Below are positions 24,124 through 36,800 of a stretch of 64,000 bases of DNA, piece after piece (within the stretch, counting starts at the first letter, position 1; each line of letters opens with the position of its first letter). Position numbers and translations under genes: made by a program. The notes below the pieces were generated by a model. That model saw nothing but the letters and a program-made list of their open reading frames with translations, searched no databases and had not been told where the DNA came from. Source of the stretch: Amphiscolops sp. MND2022 (lineage: Eukaryota); the NCBI GenBank assembly GCA_964187785.1, contig OZ076409.1, forward strand, positions 57,724,001 through 57,788,000, written 5' to 3'.

Positions 24124-27100
24124 AAGCAGAAACAACCACTAGCAGTTTTTAGCCGTGGCTTTACGAAGTCGAAGTGATCGTTTGACGCCGAATGCTAAGC
24201 ATTCAAAATTCAAAATAGTTCTACAGATAGGCAAACTTGGCAGAAGGGTCTCCACATTCCTTCTATCACATACTTATTCGGAATAAATGAGTTTTTTCGA
24301 AACATAGCAGTATTTGGAACTGAGACTTAAAAAATCCATATTTCCAGAAAGATCCCTCTTTTTCCTAATATCTTCGGACAGTAAAAAGCGTTTTTAAGCC
24401 CAACGGGCTCGTTGCACTTTCTTCGGCACTGTGCAACTTTTTTGGAAAAGAATTTGTTTTTTGCTTTGAATGTATGTTTTCTTGTAGAGAAAAAGCACAA
24501 AAGCTCCGGTTTTCGATGTTTCTGGTGAGAATGAAAGCAAAAGATCCTATTAACCCAAAGGGTCCCCTATCGATTTTTTGGTACTATGAGAGGAGCAATT
24601 GTTCAGTAAATAAGACTCGACGCTTTTTGAGCTTCTGCGGGGCGCCGACGTATGAAGTTCTGGCTTTTTCTCAACTTTTTTCACAGATAGCACATTAAGT
24701 TGTCTGTGAGAAATATCTGGAAACTAGCATGTTATCATCATTCACAAAACGTGATCACAAAAACATGGCGTCAAGACTGATATTCATTCAGTTTTGGAAA
24801 ATGTCAGTGTTGTTTTTTTCAATTAATTTTTTCAAAACCCTTCTGTGAAAGAGTGACTTTGTCTCTCAAACCGAACTCCCAAAAAGCATATAATAAATCA
24901 AATAATTAATTTGAGCAAGTTGTAAATACATTATAATAACATCATAAATATTATTTAAAAACTTAACTGTAAAGAAGTCTACTCAAGAGCAAAACATATG
25001 CCACAGGGTCTTTTTCTAATACAGTATTGCTCAACATTTATTTTTTTTGATTTATCATCGAGAGACTATAACACCTTCTCAAAGCTGAGCAAAGAGCGAA
25101 ACTTCCTCGAAGAGCATAGTTGATTTTTTTTGTGTATAGTTAACTAGTTTAGACATATATTTGCCCATTATCCATGGGTGGATTAAAAACGATAAATATT
25201 ACCATATTTTCCTCGGCAATTTCCTTCCTTTTTCATTTATTAAATGATTTTTTGTTTCACGGCCAGATATATGCGAAATGCATTTATATGAACTTTGAAA
25301 AAAATGTAAATACGTTCACTTTGTTACCGAATCACAAAAAAACAAAAAAAAATTATAACAAGTATGTTGTTCAACTTTGGGCGAGGACAAATTATATTCT
25401 ACGAACAAAGCAGTTATTTTAACTTCTCTTGGACTGTATTTACATCCCATAATATAAAAAGTAATATGAACGGTATTTTGAAGAATTTTGGATGTTTTTT
25501 TAAATTGTTGACGCAATACCTCCAATGCCATTGATAAGGAAAAACCTCAACTTTTCAACTTTGTACGGTTGGCTCTGTTCTCTATCGAAAAACTCTCGAA
25601 ATTAACGTTTTCTCTGAGAAAACTTTCTTCAGAATGAACTGGCAAAAACTGTTGCAATTCCATTAAAAAATTTAACGGAATAGAATTTGAAGTACTCGCA
25701 CTTGTGATTTGCGGTTCAAACTCTGCAGAGCTTTCAGATTAAGTGTTTTTTTATCAAAAGACCTGAGTCAAACGTACAAAGTTTGCAACCGGTTGTTCTT
25801 TGTTACGAACTTTTATTTCGGAAACATTGCATGAAAAAGTTTTGAAAAAATCAAAGGTCAAAAATAAGTAAAGTGTTACATCTTTTCTATATTTGTTTTA
25901 TTTCAAAACAAAAAACACCATCGTATTTTTGATCGAAATTCGAGAACATTTTGCGCGTGCGACTTTTGTGTCAAATGATTGCGTAAAAATTATTGCGCTT
26001 TGAATTTTTTCGTCAGCGATTTCGAGTAGCATTTTGATACCTGGTACCCTAGTGTACTTTCGGATGGATTTACAGCCTTTTCAAAATGAGCAATTGAAAA
26101 TAATGCTGATTTGCAACCGATAAAGTGACCGAAATGCAACCCATAAAATTTGCGTAGAAAATTGATGAATAGTGTTTGAAACAAAATTTTCTCACCCAAC
26201 AGTGAGAGATTTAAAAGACAATTAGGTTACTTTCAACCAAATCATGTTCATAATGTATCCAAAACTACAAAATTATTGAAAGTTGAAGCATTTTGTGCTA
26301 GGTTTAATTTCGCAGTTTTGCTTTTGCGCTAAATATACTTTTCAATAACGAACTATGCCAATTAATTCGTGAGAATTACAGAATTACAGAAGTAATTAGT
26401 CAAATATTGGAAGATATTGAATTAGCACGTAAATCGTTGAAATGATCGTTAATGAAAACTATCATGGAAATTTTAGAAAAAACTTTTCACCACAAAAACA
26501 ACTTGAGACTACGAATTTTAGAAAGTTGCTTTTTTGGGGCTTCGAGCTTTGCGAGATGAACATATGGTTGAGTTTTTTTCGAGACTTGTCCCTAATTTTG
26601 TGAGGCAAATTTCTCAAAATCGAGAATAGATATGGATACCATGTTTTCCAAAAAAATTGCGCAAGATTCTAGGCTACATTTTTGCCTCAAAGAAGTTTCG
26701 ACTTCATGTTTTTTTTCGAAGAAGTGTTGATAAACGCAAAATTTGACGGTTTCTCAACTTTAATCCCCTATATCTCAGAACCGAGACTAAATACATAGTC
26801 CACAGTTTCTTAAATTGCTCAAAGATTTTGTGGTCTACATTTTAGCCTAAAAAAGGCATCAAGAACTTTTTCGTTCTTACTTTTTTGGGCATGGAAGAGA
26901 TGGAAAAAACGTTTCAATTCTTTCTATTTGTAGCTTATATTTCTCTGACAAAGGTAACGAACAATATTCTCCCTCGCGAAGTACAGCAAGGGTGTGTGCT
27001 AGTTTTTGGAACAACAAAATTTTCGTCATCAAATATGACGCTTTCGCTTTTTTACTTGAATTTTTCAAAACTTCTTCCTAGCTCTTTTCTACTTGAAAAC

Positions 27101-29637
27101 TGACTCTTTTCTTCTTGCATCTCAGAGGACCGAGACCTAATACGGAGTCCATGGTTTCGTAAATTGAACCAGGGGTCCGTAGGCGACAGTTTAACCGAAG
27201 TCTGACGTCAAAAATTTTTTCATTCCTATTTTTCGGGCAAAAAAGGGATGAAAAAATGTCTGATTTTTTTTTCAATTCGTAGCTCCTATTTCTTACAACT
27301 AAAAACACATACTGAAACCTATCTCCCTCAGAAAGTACATTGAGGACATAGGCTACTATTTTACCATCAAAGTTTTCGTCATCAACTATGACGATACGTT
27401 TTTCTGCTAAAATTTTTCCGTTTTCACAACTTTTCAGTCAGTATTTTTGTAGCTCTTTCATTGGAAAAAGTTCTGATCCGAGACTACATAAATTCAAAAG
27501 GTTTAAAGCCCTGGAATATACACAAATTGTAGCATCTTCTGCACGCCATTGAACGTTTCTGCTCAAAGCGAAGCGCGACATGCTGTTTGGCCTATGTTTT
27601 TCTATGATTTGGTTGTAGTTTTTAAATTTTCTTTAGCATGTAGTTTTCAAAAGTTTTTCTACCTACTTCAATGATAACTTTCAACTAAACAGATTTCTTC
27701 CCGATAGAAACTGATTGTTCTCTAGAAATTTTCAATAGAACAAATAGAAAATCTATTGGATACTATTTTAAAAACTGCTGCTGAAGTACTTTTATCAAGT
27801 ACGTTTTCACACAATGGAAGCAAGATTAGCAATGGACCAATACAAGCGCAGCTCATTTTATGTTCCGGAGCCCAAAAAAACTCAAAAATTAACCTCACAT
27901 GGTGTTTTGATGAACTTTGGATTTTTTTCGAGTTTTTTACGCAAATTCTCAAACTTTACTGGTCAGAGGAACACCTCCAGTGTTGATTTTTGAAACCTTG
28001 GCACAATTCGATAGCTTTCTTGTTTTTCACTTTTTCTGAAAAATGAACATTCAAAAATAGTTATAGTACATTGGAAAGTATTTTTAGTGAATAAAAATTC
28101 AAAAATTTGTATTTTGTGATCATTTTGTGGTGTAGTTTTTTCTGTTGAGCGTTATGAGAAAAATTGTTAATTTAAAAAGTTAGATACCAGAATTAAAAGC
28201 GCAATGTTTGCGACATGCAGTTTGTGAACAGATGTACTGCATGACAAATTACTGTAATGACAAATTAGACTATGCCAAAAGTTAAAAGTATGCTAAGTGA
28301 TACAACTTTCGTATTTTTTCTTATTTCAAAACAAAAACTGCCATTGTGAATATGGTCAAGTTTGGAACGACTTTTACATCTGAGACGTTTCTGTCAAATC
28401 ATTATATAATACCTCATAGCGCTTCTAGTTTTTTGCCAATGAATACCAGTGTCTTAAAGTTTTTTGGCAACTATTGTTTGTTCAAAACAGTCAAGTGTTG
28501 TGTAAAAAAAAGCCAATTTGATTTGAATTGGAGTTGTGATTACATTTTAAAGCGGACCTGTTACCGAATACTTGATTTTTGCAATATATGTGACCCAAAA
28601 ACCGTTCAACAAAAGTTATGAGCGAAAACAAAAACGGACAAAAGCAACCATCTTTGACAGTTTTTTCTGCACCGGTTTTCTATGAAAGTAATAGCAGTGT
28701 CAGTGAGATGCAACTTTGCAATGCTTTTGTCCCGTACTTTAGATTTATGTCGATAAATCGATCGGTTGCTGATTGAGCCAGATCAATGTTCCAAAACGTA
28801 AAATTGGTTAAATCAAGGTATGCTAAAACTTTTTGGTCATGGATTCAAGTTTTTTTCTTGCATGAGAGGCGAAATAGTTGTGAAATTTAATTTTGCGACA
28901 TGTATTAAAATTTAGCTCAAATCGTCCTGGGTACATTGCAATGTGATTCTTTCACTTGATTTGAAACCCATAAACTATCAAAAAGGATTCCGTTTCAGAT
29001 TGTATCTATTTACAAACTTCCATGAAGACGGAAATACTTCATATCACTTTGTTCCGTTTTTGGCAAAAGAAACAAACTCGAGCGTGATCAAATGAATTTT
29101 GAAACTAACGGGACTCAAGTAGGGAGGCTTAAATGCAAGCTGTGATTGATTCTGATCTTCAGAACTAATTGGATATTCAACAAGCCGCGAACGGCCAAAG
29201 TCGGCACCCGCTTAAGGCTCAAAAAAGTACCGCTAGGTCTTAAACAGCCATTTCCGCGTGGCAAGAGGTAAAAATAAACAGAAAAAAGCACACAATCCGA
29301 ACTTTTCAAGATTTTGCATTCAATCAGTTTTCAATCAGTTTTGCTTTCACTCCTTCAAAACTATTTAGCAAACGATTAATTAGCGAAAAGTGAACACTCG
29401 TTCGCCTCCAGTCAACATAGTTCTTTTTCGGGTTCTCCATTGAAAATGATCGTTTAATGAGTTCGTGTGATCGATTTTTCTTTGCTCCGAAATCCATAGT
29501 AAGCTTCATCATAATGCAATGTTTTGAATGAAATATGGTCTAAAATAGCCAATTATCACCTCTATACCTCTGTTTTTTGTAAAATTTACAATTTCACCGG
29601 ATGCCAATGAACTGAATCGTGAACCGCTTTCGGTACT

Positions 29638-30194
29638 TCAACTGCTAAATGTGAAACCCAAATATTTAATCTGAAAACCACTTAAGATAATTTCATGACG
29701 AATTCGCCAGTGAAAGGTCCTATTCCCATTTTGTAGCGTGCGGTTGAGAATTTGTTGCGGAAACGACCAATTTGTGGAAATATTGATATTCGCATTCACT
29801 CCGTGTCCAGCTTCGAGATTCCTGCCGTCAATCATTGAGCTTTTATTTTGCTCAAAATTTTAAGAGCGGAGTGCTAACGTGCAAGTAAAAGGTCAACGAC
29901 TGTGGCTTGCATTAGATGGCTGTGCTGGGGATTGATCTCTCTCCCTCCAACTGAGAGACAAGAACGGACCACGCTGGTAAGGAAGGAAATACGAAGAGCA
30001 ACACTCGCAATCAAAGAGAGTGGATTCCACTTTCGGATTCCCGCTGAGTTGGCAGATCAAGGGAGTTGAAAAGAATTCGATGGAAATCTCAGCTGAATCT
30101 AGGAGAATGGAATTTCTTTCTATGCACGCATTAATCGACATACATGGATGTCCGTAGTTTCAATCATAGATTAATACTCCATCGCCACCAAAAC
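29638..30194 (-). pseudogene. Decayed exon-like segment encoding an extracellular glycoprotein-like sequence (possibly PKD/REJ-like)
   Basis: Acceptor tttcatatcAG; one frame over ~185 codons with three internal stops (TGA 30160-30162, TGA 29893-29895, TAA 29860-29862); five N-X-S/T sequons; SIEFFSTPLICQLSG...SSY...LSLSW loosely resembles REJ. Confidence 0.45.
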
Positions 30195-31582
30195 CTGATA
30201 TGAAAGAATTTTGACATACTTGAAATAACAACGGAAAAATTTTGCCAATTGTATTGATTATTTTCTTTCCAAAAAAGTTCACTTGTAACATGTTTTTTTT
30301 TAAAAAATAGTATCGCTCATTTTCAGGGAAACTGGTTAAAAACTTCAGATTGCGTAACTAAATATTACGGCAAATATCATTTTTTTGTGAAATTGTGCAA
30401 CAATTGTGAGAAACATCAACGAAGCACACAAAACGTTTCAGAAATCACGCATGTTTTCGGAATTAACCCATAAAATGGATTTTTAAAGATATAGTCTGAG
30501 GTTTACAGTATAAAATCGAGATTTAACTTCTATTAACATCTATTTTAGATTTTAGATTAACTTCTATTTTACGTATGATAATAAAGAACTGGATTTCGAT
30601 AAATGAATTGCACTATTCTACTGACTCACTGCACATGTATGACTTCTAGTGTTTCGAATTTATCCAAATTCAAAATCGAAAATTCAATTGAAAATTGCTT
30701 ACTTGATTTTGTGAAATGATCTAAAAATTGATGGGAAAAGTTAATTTAAACCATACGTCCTTTTCACATAACAAGAACGAATGTTTCGACGTTGAGAGAA
30801 TAAGTGCCACAATCAAAATGCTTGAAAATCTTGAATTAGATCAGAGATTTCATTCTTCTGCTTTGACGGAAATCAAAAATAGACATCAAAGTCTTTTCAA
30901 AGAACTCTTCATGTCATAGAATATTCAACTAACAGACTTTTGGTCGCCAATGAAGTTGTTCCGAGTCTGCTTCGTTTTCGGAACCTTCTTCTCATCGAAA
31001 ATCGATAACTTTTCAAAAATTCACATTGTTGCCATCAAATCACTATAAACTCTTTTGAAGTCACCGATTTCAATTGTTTCACATTTTTTTGTAATCAAAT
31101 AGGTTCAAGAGAAAAAGGTCATTGCCCTTATTACAAGTGAACCATTTTTTTTAAAAGGAAAACAATTTTAAAGAATCAGTTCACATTTTTCATTTCAAAA
31201 TTAAAAACGTTCTCCTAATGTAGACAAAATGTGAATATTGTAGTATTAGATATTAAAAGCAGCATTTTCAAAGAAAGTATTTTTTCTTCTCATTGTTCAT
31301 TTTCAAAGTAATCTTACTCTTTCCATAGCTTCCGTGTAGCATTTTAGGTTGTCTGACGCCATTTGCTTCACGGGAGACTTTCTCAACCTTTTCTGAGCTG
31401 GTGAGAAAACCTTTGTTTGATAATCAGATTCCCAGACATTTCGACTAACCAAAGTAAAGACCCAAAGAGCGGCAGCCAAGAAAGTGTGGCGGCCATGGTA
31501 TCTTCAAAAATAATGATGGACTTTGAAAAAAAGGTACCAATGATTCCATGATACAAAAAAACACTTTATCTGTCTCCCTTAC

Positions 31583-31683
31583 AACAATTTGCCGCAGAAA
31601 GCCCAATTGTGTTGCATTTTTGTGCAACCTGAACGTGCAGCCCGAATAGGTATAGTTATGTAAAAATTTTAATGTTATTTCAC
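31583..31683 (-). CDS. Candidate exon (GEITLKFLHNYTYSGCTFRLHKNATQLGFLRQIV)
   Basis: ttatAG acceptor and GTaagg donor; 101 nt, open; two sequons. Confidence 0.4.
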
Positions 31684-32578
31684 CTATAAGTTTGTGCAGA
31701 TGTTTTTCGAAAACCAGTTTGAGGTATTGTTTTAGTTGCAAGTTTTGGAACTTCGCGAATTTGCTTTTGTGACCCAATTACAACGAATTGTTACTTTTTT
31801 TGTGAAGTATTCAAAAATCAAGGTCAATAAAAGTGAAATTTTAGAGCTTAACAAACGACATTATTTTGGAAAAAAAACATTGTTTTCGGAGTCATCTTGT
31901 CCGGAAAATGTCTATTATCTTTATCAAAACTTTCGATCGCATACTAGTTAAATTCTCATGAATTTGAGCTAGGAATTCGAGTCTTCTCTAATACTTTACT
32001 AATCTCTGCATGAGCTAATACAATCGAGAAGGCTGTAAGTTATAGGCCAAGCATATCTTCAGTCATTTGGCGTTCAGACTTTGCCTAGTACTTAATGCAA
32101 TGGAAACAAACTTGAATAGGTAGATGATTTCAGTCAATATGAAATTTGGTAGAAAACTTGTCAATTTTTTATGATCACTTCGACTAAATTGAAAGAAAAA
32201 AAATTAAGAAAAAACGAACGTGAAGTCATAATTATATTTGCCTTTCATTTTATAAAGCACCGACTAAAAATACAGCAAATTTAGTATCTCATAAACTTAT
32301 CATTGTGAACTTTGAGATGATATGCAACAAAGCTGCGACACCTTCTTATAATTTTGTGGATCAGACATCAAATATTCATTCCCGTACTGACACTCCAGTG
32401 GGCTTAAGTCCTTGCCAGGACAACTCAAGGATTCCAAGTCCTTGACAAGATAACTCAAGGATTCCAAGGACTGCCAAGGATTTCCCCAGTTTTCGAAAAT
32501 TTCGCAAGTTCTTACCAGTCCTGGTGCAGTCCTTAGCAGTCCTTGAGAAATTTCGATGAAAAATTCGAAGTTGCTTAC

Positions 32579-32795
32579 AGGGCGCGGCCATTTTGAATTT
32601 GAGTAGGAAAAAACTAGTTGCTTGTATTTCCTATCACTATCAAGTGTATTTCGTATCAATTATGCCCCATGAGCACTGGGTTATTGTCAGAATAACTGTT
32701 CCGGTACTATTCCCATAGTCGAGACTATGTCTGGGCTCAATAGTGCCGGATATAATGATAGAAAATGAACTTTTCCCGGAGAGAGGGAATAAGAT
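32579..32795 (-). pseudogene. Exon-like segment with a 1-bp frameshift
   Basis: catttcAG acceptor and CCT|GTaagc donor; reads ILFPLSG...GNSTGTVILTITQCSWGI, then needs a shift near 32660 to continue LIRNTLDS...KWPRP; no single frame is open. Confidence 0.5.
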
Positions 32796-32827
32796 CTGAA
32801 ATGTTTTAGATCTTAGTGGGTGGTTGC

Positions 32828-33275
32828 TTTTTTGATGGACTTCGAGAGACATCCAACAAGGTTTTTGACCTCATTCATTTCATGTATTATTGTGAATGGG
32901 GCTTTTTTCTTGCACGTACTCGTTGGTGGTCCTGTCAGTGTCGGCTGTTTCTCAGTTGACCAGCCAAGACTTTAAAAACGGCAGTTTTTGAGGTCCTGAT
33001 CTGAATATTAGGTCCTGATATGTTTTTTGATGGACTTTGAGAGACATGCTACATGGTTATTGTGCTCATTCATTTCATGTATTTTTGTGAATGAGGCTTT
33101 TTATGCACCTGCTCGTTGGTAGCCCTGTCAGTGTCGACTGTTTTTCAGTTGGCCAGCCAAGACTATAAAAACGGATATTTTCGAGGTCCTGATCTGCTTT
33201 TTTGATGGACTTTGAGAGACATCCAACATGGTTTTTGTGCTCATTCATTTCATGTATTATGGTTAATAGCGTTTT
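32828..33275 (+). repeat. Tandem repeat, ~175-195-bp unit, about 2.5 copies
   Basis: TTTTTGATGGACTTTGAGAGACAT... recurs near 32828, 33023 and 33198. Confidence 0.85.
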
Positions 33276-33813
33276 TTCAAACACGTGATCCTAAGTGATT
33301 GAATGGGACATTAGAGGAGCAACATTTTCTGCGAGAAAAGTTGACGATTTCAAAGAAAAAGTTGGAATTTGAAAAAAAAGAGTCTGCGGACAGTTGAAGA
33401 GAAAGTTCTACAATTGGATTTCACAACTTTACGAAAACTTTTTGAACCCAGGAAAACACTTTAAAGTATTACGGAAAACTTTGAACTTTCTCATTAATTA
33501 GTGCTAGATCCCTTCCCATATAAGAAATTCCCCTTTGAATTTAAAAAAAAAAGAATTTTTTTATAACAAAATGCATTTCAATTCAAGATGATGAAATCAA
33601 ATAAAAATTAGAGTTTCAGACTCTGATTGACTAAATAGTAAAAAAAAAGTTCACTTTTGTTTTGTTAGCAGATTTGCCGTAGAGTAAATAGCTTGTCACC
33701 AATTCGAAATAAAAAAAATGGTTGCCTAATTTTTTATTATTTGAATTTTGATTTTGAAATCAATAATATTTGTTATCTGAGTGTTTGTAGTGAGTGTTCC
33801 ATGCTTGATTGTC

Positions 33814-36800
33814 ATGGCTGTGAGTGTCCAAACGAAGTTGGAAAGTCTCAAATTTTCAGGGAGCGAGGAAGACTTTGTTATGTTTTGTGGACAGTTTGAA
33901 GCTAGAATGTATTTGTTGAGACTGTTTGGTGTGCTGAATGGAAGTGAGGGTGTTGAGTCTTGTAGACCGAAAGCAAGAAGTGGTTCATCGAGAGAAGAAA
34001 GGCAAGTAGCTGATGAAAAGGCGGCGGAAATTTTTGCTGACAAAAAGTATAAGATCTGGTGCGAATTGGTACAATGCTTGGATAAAAAGTTGTTCGTAAG
34101 AAGTTACAAAGGTGATGGTCCAGCTGCGTGGAAAGCCTTGTGCGACCGTTTTAAGAGTTTTGAGCGTCCTCGGTTGCAACAGCTGATTGAGAAACTGACC
34201 TCACTTAGAAAAGATCAAAATGAAACAATTGTTGATTACATTACCAGAGCTGAAGACCTACAATACAACCTAAGTCAGGTGGACGAAGCGCTAAGCGAGC
34301 AAATGTTTATATCAATATTGTTAAAAGGTCTTCCCAAGGATTTCGAGACATTTTGTGCCCTCGTAAAGTTTACCAAGGAAACAAAAAGTTTGGACGAGGT
34401 AAAGAGGGATCTGATAAATTTCGACACCGACCGAAGGAAACTAAGAGAAGAAGAAACCACGTTCCTCAGTCGTAACGAAGTTAAATGTCATCTCTGTGGA
34501 GGACCAGGTCACAAATCATTTGAGTGTACACAAAAAGCACGTACAGAGACCAAGCAAACTAAGAGTTTTGGACAACCTCGCGTCTGTTTCAAATGCAGTA
34601 AACCGGGACATATAGCGAAGTTTTGCCCGTCCCAAGTGACTTCCCGCGATAGTAATCATCGAATGCCGGAAAGATTTTGTAACCACTGCAAGAAAAAAGG
34701 ACACACCTTAAGTACCTGTTTCAAATTGAGAGGAAACCAAAGCAACCAAGGAACCGATGAGGCAAGATTAGCCGTGCAACAGGATGACTCAGGCAAAAAT
34801 GAGGAGGTCCAATTTTCATTCTTTGCAAATGAAGATATTGCAGTGAGTAATAATGACCTGGTGGTAGATAGTGGTTGCACGAACCACATGATAAAAGACA
34901 GGAAACTGTTTGCCGAACTGAATGAGGAGATAGAAAGAGTAGTTGGATGTGCCAACAAGACGGAGTCGAAACTGTGCGGAAAAAGCCGTGCTGTCTTCTG
35001 TGTAAAGAATAGCGAAGGTAACGCGAGAAGAGTGGAGTTGCGGGATGCGTTGTACGTGCCGGCGTACGACAGAAACCAAGTGTCCGTAGCGCGACTGAAG
35101 AAAGTCGGGGTGGAGATTCGTTTCGGAGAGGAAAACTCCTTAACGACGTCTGATGGAACCAAGTTTCACATAGAGCAAGAAAAAAATTTGTTCGTTTGGA
35201 GAATAGTCCCTGATTTGAGAGTAACCAAGCATGAGACATGCCTCTCCAGTAAACTAAGTAAGTGGCATGACCGACTGGGTCATAATAACTGGGAGGATTT
35301 GAAAAAGTTGAAGGAACATGTTGTTGGAATGGATGTGTGTGAAAATGACGTGATCGTGTGTGAAGTGTGTGAGGTTAACAAAGCCAAAAGAAGACCTGTA
35401 CCCAGAGACTGCATTACACGGGCCAAAGAGCCATTGGACTACGTACATTGTGACGTCCTAGGCCCAGTGTCACCAGTTTCGGTGGATGGTCATAAGTACG
35501 CCATAGGATTCCAAGATAGTTACAGTCGCTATGGTAAGGTTTATTTCATGAAAAGCCGTGACGAAGTAGCAGCGAAAATTGAGCAGTACTGTGCAGATAT
35601 AGGGAAACCAAGAGTTCTAGTAACCGACTGTGCAAAGGAGTTCGTTGGCGGTGACATGAAGACATTTTGTAGGAACAAAGGCATCAGACAGGAAACATCT
35701 GCACCGTATACACCGGAGGAAAATGGGAAAATTGAGAGAGTGTGGGGAACAATTTGCGGAATGGCCAGGTGTATGATCCATCGGGCCAACATGGACAAAG
35801 AATATTGGACATACGCACTGAACTATGCATTTTACATCAAAAACTTGCTCCTACACTCAGCAACCAAGCAAACTCCATATGCGAGGATGTACGGTGAAAG
35901 GCCAAATTTAAGCTTTATAAAAGTGTTTGGCTGCAAAGTTTACAGTTTTGTGGAGAAGCAATTCAGAGGAAAATTCGACGAGAGAGCAAAAGTGGGAGTC
36001 TTTCTAGGTTTTGCAGAGAACAGCAAAACGTACATAGTTGGATTAGAGGAAAACGGCGCAACCAAGAAGATCAAAACAAGAAGTGTGAGGTTTAATGAGG
36101 ATGAGTTTTACTTTGGAACCAAGGAAGGTCAACCAAGTGTGAACAACATCCCATCCAATCAACTTCATGGCACAGATGTTGCGGGCGATGAAGTGTCATT
36201 CAATGCAAAGAAGGAACCAAGTCAGATTAAGCTACCATGTTCCGTTCAAGAAGCCTTGAGTGATCCTCAGTGGAAGGAAGCAATGAAAACTGAATTCGAT
36301 TCCTTGTGTAGTAACCAAGTTTGGACATTGGAGGAACTACCGAAAGGAACTAAACCATTGAGAGGAAAATGGCATTTTGCGATGAAACACAACGAAGACG
36401 GAAGTTTCAAGAAGTGCAAAGCCAGATTTGTTGCGAAAGGTTTTGCACAAGTTGAGGGTCGCGATTTCTTCGAAACCTATTCACCAACTGCGAGAATGTC
36501 TACAAAACGGATTCTGTTGAACCTAGCAGCGCAGTATCAAGTAAAACCAAGACAGATGGACATCAAAACAGCATTTTTGAATGCAGACATAGAAGAGAAC
36601 ATCTACATGGAACAACCGGAAGGCTTTGAAGTCAAAAATAACGAAGGTAACCAAGTGTACTGTAAGTTGCGAAAGAGTTTATACGGACTTAAACAGTCTG
36701 GGCGCAAGTGGTATTTAACACTAAAGATGTTCCTAGAAAGAATCGGATTCCGAGCATGTATAAACGACAAATGCTTGTTTGTGAGAGGTACTGGTGATGA

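Noticed and set aside
29638..31075. Minus-strand frames interrupted mainly by TGA, suggesting TGA=Trp or selenocysteine recoding
   Set aside because: The same frames use TGG for Trp, one also contains TAA, the copia-2 ORF ends in TGA, and runs of ~100 codons free of TAA/TAG are expected by chance in 64 kb.
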